Positions 39,601-54,600 of a DNA stretch of 64,000 nucleotides are shown here, one piece after another. The translations under genes and the position numbers were made by a program. Each line of letters begins with the position of its first letter. Within the stretch, counting starts at the first letter, position 1. The notes beneath the pieces were generated by a model. That model did no database searches. It was given only the letters and a program-made list of their open reading frames with translations, and was not told where the DNA came from. This DNA comes from Balanoglossus misakiensis (Eukaryota; Animalia; Hemichordata), in contig CM082596.2 of NCBI GenBank assembly GCA_040954595.2, positions 2,536,999-2,600,998 of the forward strand. The letters run 5' to 3'.

Positions 39601-42600
39601 TCACGTCTTGCTAAAAATCTGCAACGGCTTGTGCGTACACTCAATCCAAAGCATTGACCTGATAACGTCATTTTATCACTCTTCTGGAACAATCGACATA
39701 TTCACACATTTTTTTGTCAGGTTGATGGATTGTCAACTTTCTCAAGTGGCTTAGTGACTGAAATAAACTGAAGTTTTCTCCGCTTGGATGAGTGATGTCT
39801 CAGTCAAGTCTTGAATGAGTAATGCATCAATCAGTCAAGTCTGCGAAATTTGTTTTCAAATCTCGGCTCTTCGCGTAGTTCTGTAGCTGATCCTGAAATT
39901 TGTTTTCTCAGCAAGAATCGATGTGATCAGACATTAAACGTCTTGTCAAACTCAGTAGGACGGTTCTACAGCTAATGCATATATGATAGATGAAAATCAC
40001 TCTGTTGAGAATGTGAATGTATTATAACAAAATGGCCGTCTGTAAAATGTGTGAGTGAAATTCTAAAGTCAGAGCACATGACTGTTTTATTGCCATGTTA
40101 TTACTATTTGTTGTACTCATGATGCAGGATAAGTAGAAAGTGAAACAGACCTTTTCAAATAAAAGAACTCTATGAATTATGGACTGTTCAGTATAATCCC
40201 TGGTGTATCATTGAACAGTCTGGCTAGAGGAACCCAGGTAATTTTGAGGACAATGATTTACAACCCTTTGGAGCGCCATTCAAATAGAAGAGAAAATTTT
40301 AATTCCTTCCTATATTTGGTGAATTAAAAAAAATGAGGTTCCTTCCACAAACGAGATGTACCAATTCAAATTTTTAGTTCCATCGAGACAAAAGACCTAC
40401 ATGTATAAAACTTCTGTCTACATTGGGGAAGCATTGCAGCTCTCTTGAAAAGTGTATCACGGATTTCCTTTTCTCTATTTTCTGTGTTCAGACTCTTAAA
40501 GGTATCAGAGGAGCAATTGAAACACTTAAAATGGTAAATTGTCGCACCATAAATACCATCCCAGTGGGTGTCATTCCAATTAATTGTCAGGCAAGCCATT
40601 TACTGGAGAAGTTCCTTTTTCGTGTTTTATCAGTATCGTCCTATAAAAAGTAATTGTTTCGTTTTCTGCATATAGTGTCATTTTGGCAGATTAATATTAT
40701 CATATTATCATATCTGAAGCTGCTGTGTTTGACTAATTCCATGGAAGAGAATATATCTAGTTTGTCAACTGTTTATCGTTACCGTAGATGTGGAATGTCT
40801 TCACAAAGGTGACAGGAAACTGGTGACAGTTTTTGAAATCAATTACTGAATTTTTTTTTCCAAAAGAAACTATCACTGAAACCTTGTAGTTGAATGATTG
40901 AATGTCACAATATGGCCATTACGAGCCTTGTAGTTGCGAAAGTCACCCCCCTACTTCGAGGTCAAGTACACATTAGAGCACTTTATACAGATAAATTTGA
41001 TTCCATAGTTGATGTCTATCTGTCACTCTGGCAGCAGAGAGCCCTGACTGGTACGAGTAACAGGTCCCGTCGTCGCGGTGATGGAGCAGCAAGGGCTGCT
41101 GAATTATTCATTCTGCGGTTATACTCTGAATGATTTATCAGTTTAACAGCGACTGTTGATATTCAAAGGTTATTGATTGTATCTTGGCTGTGATTTAACG
41201 GTTTGCCGAGAGACAGTGCGTGGATCAATAATTAAGAAATGGCCGTTGATAGTTCTATGAAGGCTACCTTTAGCAGCGAGAATCATTGTTCCCTACGAGA
41301 TGCCTCAGTACCTTTATACTGGTATTTTTTGCCATAATTTAACATTTTACTTCACTTCATAATCAAAATTGGTGAGATTTGTCATTTCCTTGTAAATTTT
41401 TCACGTTAGTTTGCACTACGTGCCAAACAATGCTCAGTCAAACAAAAATACCATTGAAGTCACTGATGATGCTTTTTCGCAGATTCCTTTCATATAATTA
41501 AGAAAAACAGAGCATCAAATAATCATTTCCTTCATACGTCACCAGCACGACCAGAATATTGTGTAAATGAAATTAAGTGGGATAATTGAAGCTCCTGTTT
41601 TCATGAGAAATGAACTCTGCTGGAAAAAGACAATGATCAATGACTGGAAACTCATATTAGGCGTTGTGCCATAAAATTTGAATTCACCCCCAGGAACTAG
41701 AATTTTCAAAAAGGACAGCACAACAAAAATCTACACAAAACAAAAATGATGAAACACATATTTATTGTCTTTATATAAGCCACTGTCACCAATATGGCGA
41801 GATGGTAGAGCTGTAGTCATACACAAAATAATCATTTGCAAAATTTAGTATCTCTGTCATATATAAAGGAAGGCAAAAATTCTGGCTCAAATAAGTTTGC
41901 TGTCACAATTCTTCACTGTTATGTAGTTCTGGTTCAAACTGAAAAAAGCAAGAAATAACCGGCTGACAAAAGAGTTGAGACTGACCTTAAAAACAAGTAC
42001 TGTCAGAATATCCAAAGTCCACAATAAATTTCAATGCACTGTAACGTATTCTTGAATCATAGTGTCTGGAATAGAAAATGAATGTCAGTCATATCTCCTA
42101 CTCCAGTTTTGTGTCCCCACTTATCTCTTGATCCATATCTGTATTGAACCGTTTGTGCTCGTGCACAGTGCACAGTGACAGGCTTGTTCGATGCTTTGAG
42201 CCCTTTCCTCTGGAAGTTCATTGGTTTCTTTGTCTATGGCACTACGTGAATCGTAAGGCAGACAGTCGACGCTATATCGCGAGTTTTCTTCCTCTTCTGT
42301 GCACTCTGGGAGAATGTCCGGCAGTTTTCTCTTGCTGAATGTGTTATAATGTTTTCCATTGATCATATATTTGTGTCCGTTGTGGTCGGGTAAATTCTCA
42401 CTTCTGGCTGAGGTCGTTGAACCTTTACGGGCTATCCGCCTCTCGCTTTCCTCGTACATGAACGCACTCGTCGACTGGAGTGAGGATTTCCTGCTACTCT
42501 TTCGGATGGAACTGGCGCGGCTTGGCGACGAGGTACTGCCTTTCAAATTACAGTGGAACAAATCGATGAAAGCCCGTCTGAAATATTTATTGAGGAGTCC

Positions 42601-45600
42601 GTAAATCAGTGGATTGAGACAACCTGACGTGCAGTACAGAGAGGTGACGGTCAGGTACACGTTGACCGACAGACTCTCATCCCTGTCGACCATGCGTATC
42701 ACCGCAAACGGCAGATAGCCAAGCGCGAGTGCCAGGCATATTGTCACGCACGTTCTAGCCAACTGGATTTCCTCCTGCGTGAGGTTGAGTGTTGTTCGGC
42801 GATGCGTGACGTACTTCGCGACTTTTTGCTTGGTCCAGTGTACTTCCAGCATGATGTGACCATAGCAGAACATGACGAGGAGTCCAGGGACAAGGAGAAG
42901 CACGACCAGGACAAGAATAAATTGATACTGGCTGTCGCGTGAGTTGAGCGAACATCTCAGCAGGGTGTCGCTGTATGTCACGTTGCCCCACTTTCCCCAG
43001 TACGTGGGTGCCATCACGAGGATCGGGAACACCCAGATGAAGACCAAGACAATTGCAAACGTGTGCTTCTTTATAATCCTCCACGCTATCTTCATATGCA
43101 CAATGTGGAGGTAGCGGTTCAGTGCGATGAACGCTGTGTGCCACAGCGAGATCCCGACCAATATCGGCACGCAGTAAGCCATCACATGGCACATCTTGTC
43201 CCCGATTCGCCACCGCCCGTTCAGAAACGTGTCGATGCAAGGCGGCAGGATAATCAAGATGAACAACAAGTCGCTTATGGCCAGACTTCCGATAAAAATA
43301 TTCGTCAGTTTCTTGAGTTTCGGGTGCATGGTTACCACGAGAAGAACCATAATGTTACCGATCAAACCGATGATTAGAAAAGCGATGAGACAGATCGCGG
43401 CTATGCACCTGGATACCAACAAATACACTGCAGCGTTGGTTTCATTAAAATTTGCAACGTGTAAATTTGTTAAATTCAGCACCTGTGTGGAATTCATCAT
43501 ACTTCATTCGGTGATGTTGTCAAATTTTCGAAATCACAACTCACAGCTCTTCAATTTCAAATGACAAAAAATATAACAGGGCAATTGAATTACTCCTGAT
43601 TAAGTTTGTTTCAGGCAGTGCACAAAATCCAGGAAAGAAGTCCCTGTAGGATTGGTTTAAGAATTAATGCTGTATCGTACCAAGTAGTTTGTGGACTTGG
43701 TTGAAACAGAAATTGGATTTGGCTGTAATGAAATCACTCTCAATACAAAGTATGGAATGGCTTCTCTAAGTTACATCAAGAAAGTTGCTGATGTCTGGAA
43801 ACTATTCTAAAAATACCCTGAAAGCTTTTACTTCAGTCGGAAACATTCTTACGTGGGCAATGAATGTCAATGAAATGGAAAACAAGATACGCGACTGGAA
43901 TTTTAAGCCTCAGAATTACATCCTAAAAAAGCCAATACATGTGGAATGTTTATGGTGTACCCGGAGAGAAGAAAATAGATTTGTCAGCCTGGAAGATTGT
44001 TCCGAAATGTTCCGAAGAAATAGCCCTTAGTTTATAGTGCTGAGAATCTCGATTTCAAGACACCGGCGAAAAAGACATCTGAAGTGATGAAAATCCAAGG
44101 TGATATTGATCCATGTGAAATAGACACGCATATATCTCTTAATGTCGAGCTTCAAGTGTTTTCAGGTGTGTTGACACAGGTAATGAAATGTAAATATTTG
44201 ATCGGCCAGATAAACTGTAATGTCCTTTCCTGTTCAAAATGGTAAAAAACGGATAACTGGTACTCAAAAATACTTTCAGAGTATTCCTGTATTTTCTCCG
44301 AAAAGGATTAACACTGTGTCTGAAGGTGATCTCACAGATCCTGTCAGGTGTTGGTATTGTTCGAATCAGATCATGGTGTGAACCAGCTGATAAAATACAG
44401 ATATCCAGATGAGTTCTTGATTCTCTAATGATCCTCTTCGACAGGTTAAACTTTGTCACTTGTATTTCTTGGATTGTGCTTTACCTTCAAAGGGATTGTC
44501 TTCCTCGAAAATGGATAGATCCATATTCCATGGCATCTGATATCACACACGGCAGTGCTAGAAGTCGTCTCACACACACAATCCGAGGTCATGATTTCCG
44601 CGAAGGAATTGATGACGGATCATCATGTTGGTTTCACACGTGAGACGAAACGCATACCTGCGTGTTTGGTGTTTATGGTGCCGCACTCCGAAGGCCAGGC
44701 ACGAGGATCAACATGCAGCTCACAGAGGTGTTTGATCTTTCCCAGACGAGTCAGTCAGTGTAACAAACGGATTTAGTGGACCTTATTCAGGCAAGCTGTG
44801 TTTCAAACTTCAGATTCCAATGTACGCCGCTTGAAAACCTGTAGGCATCTGTTTTCTCCTCAAAGACGGATCTGTAATTTGTGTTTCCATGTAATCTCAA
44901 TCCAATCTCAGAACATCCCTCCTCTAGGACTAGACCATTCTGCCACTGGGGAGGTCGCTGCTTCCCCTGGACTGAACCATTCAACTGGTTGAACGATATG
45001 TAATTTACAAGCATCCCAGTGAGCCGTACCATTCCTCACCGGGGGGAGAACCGACTATCTCATAGAGAATTTTTATCAGCTCACACCCCCTCCCCCACAC
45101 CTGATTAAAATCAATGTGTTGCCACGTTGGAAATTGACTTTAATGGAGGACATTAATGTCCAAATATGTCTGGGTTTGTACCATGACTAAAACTTTATCA
45201 ATAGTACTTGGTAATTATCACAAATCAAATAACCCATATCTCTGATGTTTGTTTTATGAACAACGTCAATAGTTTGGCTGACTACATAGGGTGTGTGAAA
45301 GAATGCGGTCTTGGCCTCAGCTCAATCAAAACAATGCTTTATAGTTTTGATTTCAATGTGTGGTACATTTTGCACGAATACTGTTGTGTAAAAGGTTTGG
45401 AAGACCTCATTTTTCACTGATAAGATGGTGTGGTGTGTAGACTACGAAAGATGTAAATTCTCGTCAGCTCACTAAAGATCACTCATCCATGCTGACATAA
45501 GAGTCATATGTGATTTTCATCAGACATGATAATGGTGATTTGATCCTCTACAACATATATCAGAATTAGAGCCATAAGGAGAACTTATGTGAGGTGAATA

Positions 45601-48600
45601 AATAAACTGCATTGACAAAAAAATGTTAAGTTCACAGAAGTTGAATAAATAAACTGGATTATAAGTGCAGTGAGAGATAGTACATCACTACATGCACTAG
45701 GTGGTTGAGGGAAAATTCATTCCCATCTGAGAATAACATGAAGATTTGGCTAATAAAGGCCAGATGGTCACAATGCATGCAGTTCTACTGTCTATGGTTT
45801 AGGTGTCATTACAGTGATTGCTCTAGGGTTGATAGTCAATCCTTCCCTATGTATCTGTAATACAGAGCCAGTTGGATCTTGTGTTGCTATAGCAACTCCC
45901 CAGTATCTCTGAATGTCCATTTCTACCCTTCTGGCTTTAAGAAGCAGCTCATCAACAGATCTCAGGAAGTGCCTGTTTAGTCGGATATAGAAAAGACATC
46001 CTGAAAAAAATACTGTGAGTCTAGGTCAAATCAGTTGCCAAATTTAACAAACCTTTCAGATCCTACAACCACTGTGTTATCTTAATGTTTTACTTTAGTT
46101 TTCCTTTCGATGAGGTCCTGAAAGAAAACAGAATGGTTGTTTGTGTCAGTGATGGCATTAATCTTCATCTGCTGTGGTTAAACGTTTCAGCCATTTTGCT
46201 ATCTCTGAGTTTAACCAGACTGAAATGAATGCAAGATGTTGACAGTAATCATGTTCATTAAATTGAGAAGAGTAATTAAACTGCATGAATTAACAGGTAA
46301 TTTACTTTGGTAATCACCAACTCTTTTCCTGTGCTATTTCTAGGTGAACGACCCGCTACTCTGAACATTTATACATGGCGTGTTTTGAGAACATCATATG
46401 CATCCAGTCGTAATCTCCCCCCCCCCTCCATTCTCTAATCTCATTAATCTAATTAAATTATCTGTAAATGGTGTCCTAATATCTTTCATGTCACAGTTAC
46501 TAGTTAATTAAGATTCCATCTGTAAACGTTCAATATTTGATGATGGCACCAAGAGTCCCTGAGTGCTGTGTGTTTAGTCTCTGTGTACACACACACAAGG
46601 TGCCTATCTGTGCAAAAGGTTAATCGTTCTCAACAAGGAGGCAGGAGTGAATCGCCACATAGTCACAAGTTCTTGGGTTTCTTGGAGTTTGACATCTGTG
46701 TTGTCAGATTGATGGGTTCCATCTGCAGGGTAGCAATGAATGCTTAATGTTCTGTGCAGATGAAAAGAATTAATATGAAAAAAATCATCATGCAGACATT
46801 GTTAGTATCTGTCATCTAAGAATGTAAAATCTCTCCTTCCACTAATATTTTTATAGTGTCCCTTTAATGTATGTTGTCACATGTAGGTATTTTTGGTCAC
46901 AAGGGAGGAATGGATGTTACAGATGAATAAATATCAATTAGCGTTAATTAGTTCCAGAGATAATGGCCATAGAGACAGATTAAAAGCTTGTCCTTGGTTT
47001 CAACAAGCCCTGCAGTCAAAATTGTTATTGTTAATTAAATAGAACACTAATCTGATGGACTAATTAGAGCAAAAACATACAAACCCTGAAAATCCAGCTG
47101 TCTGTTTTTATGATTGACTATAATCATGCTAATAGTTGCATTTCTGTGATTTTTATTCTATAATATGGAGAGATAAATAGAAACCTTTGGATGTAATGTA
47201 TCCTAGTGACTGGTGTGATGTCAAGATCATGTGTCGTACGTGTTGAATGCTGTGTCTTTTGTGTCAATGTCAAGTTCATTGACAGCAAAATTTATAGTCA
47301 TGCTACTAGTATTTTAAAATGTTAAATAAAGCATAAGTGTTTAGTGTATCCGTGCATACATTTGATCCAAGTTTTCTATTTTTGTCCTTTTTTTCTGTAG
47401 ATTTATTATTATCACAACGTGAGATGCCGCAGCGAAATGCAAGACAGGGACATCCTGATGTTACAAGTAAGTCCGTCTTTTATCTTTTATGGTGAAATTG
47501 ATTTACTTAGCCGGAAGGCATTAAGCTTGACGCTGGGATTTTGAACGGGACCTCAGGGATCGCCTGTAAATGTGATGTGTTGATGGTTTCCAGTTTTTTT
47601 TACTTGTCACGTTTAATGTGCGAGTCGTGTCCAGACCGTTAGATGGAGCAGAGAATGATGAACGCTTACCATAGGCACTGTTTTGTCACTTCACACCAGT
47701 AATGAATTGTTAAATCCATGCATCAAATTTTCTGTTGAAAGAAAAATCACATGCTGAGCATAGGGCAGATTTTCCTGAAATGAAAGCCCTAGATTTTGGT
47801 TTAACCTTTGCCTGATGAGTTTAAAGTTTATGTTAGATTCCATTAGGAAAAGCGAGTTTAGAGCGTTCAACATCTCATATTCCGGTTGGTCGGTAATTAT
47901 CAGTTTTCCCCAGAGTGAACTTAAGGGTTTAGCAACCGTTATGAAATTGAAGTTTTATGTTGTTAGGTGACCCATAAGTTGCACATTGAACTGTAATGTG
48001 TTTTGATTTTTGTTAATCTTTATAATAAAGGAGGAAAGTCGCTTACAGTTTTCTTCATCATGCTGTGAGCACTTTTATTCTTCAAAGTTTGTTTTATACT
48101 GTTATACAAAGAGCCTTCTGTTCACGGCTATATTTGTGTGGTTATTAGGGTCAACCTCAAACAACATTCTCAAATACATCGGTACCCAATAGTCATAATG
48201 GTGGGTCATGTTCACCTGTCTACAGATATCTAATTTGTAATCTGCTTAATCTGGTGAAAAGGAATTTGCCAAACTGCATTCTCATCTACAGAAAATCATC
48301 CCCGTGTGTTTTATCTCTAAACTTAGCATTGTAACCCTCTCATGATGTTTGTTGGCACCCTCTGTCTGTGATGAGACAACATTTGATGAGACACTGGCAT
48401 TTTTGTCTTATCTCTTACGTAATTGAACTTGACTTTAAGTGTGGCTTAGAAGTGCAGGAGGCGTGCGGAAGTTACACATTGTGGGTGGTTCATCACATAT
48501 TGAAATTTCTGTCAATCATGATTTCCGGAGTGCTGCTAAAAATAGCAGTAGAGGCTTGACACAGATTGTTACGGCTGCCTCTCATTGCATCTAAAACTCC

Positions 48601-51600
48601 AGACTTCTGATAAACGGAGAGAAAAATAGCAGTATTGAAAAAAATCTCAAAACTCATTTCCGTGTGTTTGTAAAAGGATATGAAAGGGAGTAATATTACA
48701 GACTCATTAGTGGCACTAACAAGATCCAACTAATATAAGTTTGATGTCTGACTTTTAATCTGGTTATGCAGTGTACTCAGCTGATTATGAATAGATCCTG
48801 ATGATATTAGAGGAAGTTGGTACAGTGAATTTGTCAACATTGAACAAAGTTAGCAAATATTGTGACCTTTCCCCTTCTTTTTCATAGTTTAGGGGTGCGT
48901 TTTTTGCATCCTCCAGTTTGGATCATGATGAAAAATTATTTTTCATGTAAATCTTCAACGAACTTTGGCAATAGTATTATGAAACCAGTTTGCAGTACGT
49001 TTTAATAGTGGTGAATTACATCTCCCACCCTACATGTATAGAAATGATAGTTGTTTTCTATTTTTGTTGTCAGATTGGAGCCATGCTGATGGACCCTGAT
49101 GAGTTTGTGATCACAATCCTCAACAAGTACGGTCTTGTCAACGTGTTGAAAGAGCATCCGGATAAGGGACTCTTGGAGGTGCGTTGTGCCGTGTCTGATC
49201 AGTAAACCCAATTTTGCTGGCTGCCAAACATAATAAGACTGTCTAGTCTGTCACAAGTCATTCATGACCTTTTTCTGTCTTCCGTAGGATTCTCAAAAAC
49301 AGGTCCACGCAGACACTCTTCTGGAGGAATTCCTTCTGCTGTTGATTGTCATATTAGGTATGTGTTCAAACGGTAAAACTGGGTTTCGACACAATTTTGT
49401 GTCCTCTCTTTTACTGAAAAGGCTTTATATCTTCACACATGTATTTCTAGACTAATAGTAGTGTGTCAGGATTTTTGGTTGTGAAACAAAATGAGTGACC
49501 TTTTTGTTTGTTTGTTTGTTTGTTTGTTTGTTTGTTTATAGGTGAACGTTACATGGAAGGTATTGGCCAGGTGACGAACGAAGACAGAGTGAAACGAGAA
49601 GTGATTCATCAACTATGCATCGGTCCAATGCCCCACAGTGAGCTTGCTAAAGCGCTGACAGAAAACGTAGGCACCAGGAGTTATCATACTCCACTTTTAT
49701 TACAAAGATCGCAGTTTGTTGTCGGCATGCATTTTGGTCTGCAGAGGGCGCTTTATAGAACTTACTGTACCAGACCAACCAATTCATATGTTCTAGTCAT
49801 AGTTCATAGTTGGTTATATTCCAAATCACTTCACCATTTCTGACTTGTACGTCTTTTTTCTCCGACAGCACAATCATGAAACCGGATTGGAAAATGTGAT
49901 CACCTCTGTGGCTACATTTAAGTAAGTAGTTGCTAAGCCTGTCTATGATAAAACAGATTCATGCAAGTCAGTGTTTGTGAAGTGGATGACACGTCTGATT
50001 GTGAATTTTGTTTTTTCTTCAGGAAACCAGGTGCAACTGGGAAAGGCCTCTACGAGCTGAAAAGAGATTTTTACAAAGAATACAATCCATTCTTTTACCA
50101 CTACTCCAAGACAGAACAGTCAAAGGTTAGAGATTACTCTGCAGCATAATCATTATTGCATCGTTCATCATTGCACATATGACATTTGACCCGTTAGACT
50201 TTTTTTCAGTCCATTCAAACACATGTAATATGATTATAGTCTAACCATGTTATAGTGCCATGTCTTCAACTGTGATTTATTCTAATGGGATGTGTTGATA
50301 TCTGGGCTTTCCAAACAGGCGGAAGAAACTCAGAGGAAAATGAAGAAATCTAATGGAGAGGGAGAAGGTGAGTTATATGCAGCAATGAAAATGCCACCCT
50401 TTTACATCCATGGTTTGGTCCAAATCCATTGTTTTCTTTGGTATTGGACCTCTTCAGAGAAACATAGGGGTAGAGTTAAGGTTCCAACTGAGAATGTTCC
50501 TGTATGTCCATAAATTTTTCTCTTTTTTCTTTCCGATAACATAGGATTGCCTCCACCGGCACCACCCGCCTTCACACCAGCCTTCAAGAGTGTCTCCAGT
50601 ATCCTTCACTGTGATGTCATGATGCATGCATTCTGTACAATTCTGCACAGAGCCAGTCTGTCCAAGATTCGTGGCTGGACTGAGACCATGGTACAGAGGG
50701 TAAGTTGGGTACAGAAAGTTTGTCTGGAAGTGAACAACGGGGATAAGAAAACCATGTCTACATTACCTCAAGTGTTAGTTTGTAAGGCTGTGTTTATACT
50801 GGTGTAATTGTAAGCTATACATGATTTATTTGTAGGTACTGTATCTGGTTGGAATGGCATTGCATGAAGAAAAACGATTCCATGACAACCATGAAGATTT
50901 TGGTTTTATTCACAAAGCTACATCAGGTAAGTGGTTAAAGAGCCAGTAAATGACCAAAGAAAATGATAACTCCAGCCTGATATAGACTCATCAAGGGCAT
51001 CAGCGAAGTTTGCTCCACCACATTCAAACTTGACATCTCAGTTAGTAGGTAATCTTATACTATGGCAGACACATCATTTGCAAACTTGAAGACATCACCA
51101 GCAAGCTTGCCTAACCGTCATTTGTCATTGGCAGACTGGAAAATGGGCTTCACGTGAGGCAGGTTTGCTGCATACTGTAGCAGACACACAATTGGCAGAA
51201 CTAAGACAGCTTACTGGCAAATCTAGCCACCTCACTGGCAAACTTCAGTTGCTGATCACTAGCAAGCTTTGCTCACTGGCAAAATTGGACAAATTGCTGG
51301 GAAACTTTGACAGCTTCCTGACCAAACTGTGACCATTTTAAACTAGACCATGCCATCAATACAACAATCAAGACTACATGTACATCTGTTCAGTACCACT
51401 AGACTACCATGTCAACATACACAGTGCATTACCGCTACAAGTTAGACCGCGCCATTGTTACAATGCCTATCTAGACCTCACATGATGGAGGTGGCCTGTA
51501 CCATTTGCATGAACAGCGCATGGCATGGGGGTGATGGCCTTGATATGAGGGATCTTCTCTAATCATTGCAAGTCATGGTTTAATTGGATTTCACTCATTG

Positions 51601-54600
51601 TATGTGTTGTGTGCATCACCTACATGTATGTTTTTCAATAACTTTGAAACTGAACATTATTTTTGTTTTTACTCTCTGTGTTTGTGAAAGACTAGTCTCT
51701 TGTTTGATCTTTTTTTATTTCTTTTTTTGTCTTGTGACTTTTACTTTTGTCTTGTTCCTTTGTCTTAGTTCCATAACCGTCTTTTGTTCCTCCAGAGATC
51801 CCATGGCAACCCATTTCCGGGGAAGGTTGTTTGTCTTGTCTAAGTCCTTGTCCTAACTCCAATGGTGAGCCGAGTTATTCTTCGCATCCGTAAAATAAAA
51901 TTAAATAAATAAAATAACTATCTGTGGTAATGGTTAGTTCATGTTATCATGATTTTCACACCAAAGTTTGACAATGAGTTTGAGGTTATTCTAGTAGGAA
52001 TTCTGCAAGGCTAGTGTCTGTAAGTACATGTACTTGCCTGATAGTTGTACACGTTTTGTAATATTTTGCGTGTCATGTTACGGAAACGTGTAGTATGTCT
52101 TGTGCCTGGGATGTGAAGTCTGTAAGTATGTTGACTATTAACACTGTAGTGGCTAACTCTAACAACTCAAATGAACTGTCAAACTTTGGTGTGAGATTCA
52201 CATGGCTGTGAATTAATGTTTTGTTGTCTAAAGACTTGGGGATGTTTTATTTTAATCAGCAGGGTCTACAAGTCTGCTAACTCTGCTGGAAAGTCTGGCC
52301 AAGATCAAGAGAGTGGAAGAACACAAGGATTTGCTGGCCTGGGTTTTGAAGGTAAATGTTGCCAGATTTCACTACAACATGGTGATGGAAGGGTTATTGG
52401 CTGCAGGTGTAATCTTTAACCGAGACATGTAACAGTGGTGGGTCAGTGTCATTTGATGACCTATGAAAAAAGATTTCCTTTCATGCCAACTATATTCCAT
52501 GAAATGAGCAGTTCATTCTCCTCGCTTTCCATCAGACTTTTGCCGAGGTGCAGCAACTGAAAGGGAGAGAAACCACGAACGTTGAAGTGAAGAAGGATCT
52601 GGACGCAGAGGCTGAGAAGAAGAGGAAAGCAGAACTGGCCAAGCAGAGACGCGCTCGAATCATGGCCCAGATGTCGGCCATGCAGAGAAACTTCATCAAA
52701 GAGAATGCTGAGTTGTTTGAAGTAACTGAGACTGAATTGGACGGCGAGACGAGTGCCTCTGCTATGGATACCAGGTGAGACACTACCCTGGAATGACCTT
52801 TAACCTTTGAAATCATGTCCCCCCTGTAGAGGTCCAATTCACCAAAGAGAACAATTGAGTTGAAGGACGTACAGGCTTGTCATTGATGTCTTCAGGTAGA
52901 GTTCATGATTTGTAAGATTTGATTCTGTTTCATTTTCAGTGAATTGATCTCTGATTTCCCGGTGGCTGTCGGTGCCAACAGGAGTAAAGCCACAGAGATT
53001 GCTGTCAGCAAATGCACCTGTATTCTATGCCAAGAAGATGAGGAAGTGACACTAGATGGGAGAGCCATGGTGTTGGCAGCATTAGTTCAAAGGTCAGTAG
53101 ATGTCCCCTGTGCATATACGTGATGTGAAACCTGCAGTGAATATCCTTCATTAGAGTTCTAAAATTTCTGTTTCCGTTTGTGTACAGATCAACAGTGTTG
53201 TCGAAATCAAGGGGAAAGAAAATTGAAGATCCAGGTGAATAGATTTATTATGCTCAATTCTGATATCTCCCAGGGACTAGATTATCATCATTGTTGACTT
53301 TAGTATATATGACAGTGATAATTTATTTCTCCATCCATCCAGTTATGTGGCAAGGAGTCTGACAGAAAAAGATAACAGAATTTCCAATCCTGTAGACAAG
53401 TTGGCTTGATTTTGTTTGTTGCCTGAGATGTTAAATTATATGCCATGTTATATGTTTTCTTCTCCTTGACAGAAAACTTCAATCCAATGTTTGTGCCCCC
53501 TGACTTGTACTATGGTACTCATGTGAGCACTTGTGGTCACATCATGCACTGGGATTGCTGGCAAAGGTGAGATTTTCATCCAGATTTTCTCAAGTCAAAT
53601 TCATCAACTCGTGTATTCAACTGACCCTGTCCAGACAGTTTTAAGCTGTCATAAAGTGTCTAGTGCACGCTAACTATCTGCTCATTGATTATAATCAACA
53701 GAATTAATAAATTTCTTGTTCTTTTCAGGTTCTTTGAATCAGTGGTATCCAAGGAACAGCGGCGGCCATTGCGTTTCCGAGCTCATCTGAGCTTTGACGT
53801 CGACAAGCAGGAGTTTCTGTGTCCCTTGTGTGAGTCTCTCAGCAATGCAGTCATACCTTTGCTGCCTCATCCTGGCACGTCTACAGTTCAGTCGCAAGAT
53901 GGGTAAGTCTACTTTACACCTATGCAGTCATGTACGTAACCTCCCCCTATGCAGTCATCTTTATAGCAGAAGAGGCTGCATATGATGGTTGTAACCAGTG
54001 TAGTGATATGACCGTCGTAACTGTTTTCCACCCACAGTCCAGTGTGCGATGAGAAATCAGCCAGTCTTGAAGTTTCCCACAACGAGTGGTTGGAAGGCAT
54101 CCAGAGTATTCTGCAGGCCAGTCAGGAATCAGCCGAGAAGATGCAACAGGAACAATCCAGTGGTAAGAGTTCCGGGCAACTGGGAAGAATTTGGTTTCAC
54201 ATGTCTTTAATTCTGTAAATGTTTCACACCGAAAATGCAATATCCTTCAAGTGTAATATACATTGCTTGTGTTTACCTTTCAGCAGAGGACTGTTTATCA
54301 GATCCGTGTCCTCTCCCGACCCTCACCAAAATGATGGCACAGACAATGGCACAAACTGTAGCTGAAAATTTCCAGCTTCTCTTTGAATATGTCTACTCCA
54401 TCCCGTAAGTCACTAACATCCATTTTAAACATTGTCATATACATCTGTTCAGTTTGACAACAAAAATATGCTAGTTCAAGTCAGGTCAGAGGTCTTCTTG
54501 AATAAAAATGTCTTGTGTCTCAAATGATGCTGTTTGGTTGTGAAAATGTGATTGGCTAGATCTCAACTTTTCATGGTAACTATCACTTAATTTGCATAGC

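Noticed and set aside
42144-43564. Overlapping ORFs around the GPCR
   Set aside because: Shadow ORFs of the GPCR coding sequence.
37773-49752. CTCF-like motifs (37773-37790, 49738-49752; also 18112-18126) insulating the nested GPCR
   Set aside because: Partial matches only, and the flanking pair is divergent rather than convergent. Not supportable without ChIP data.
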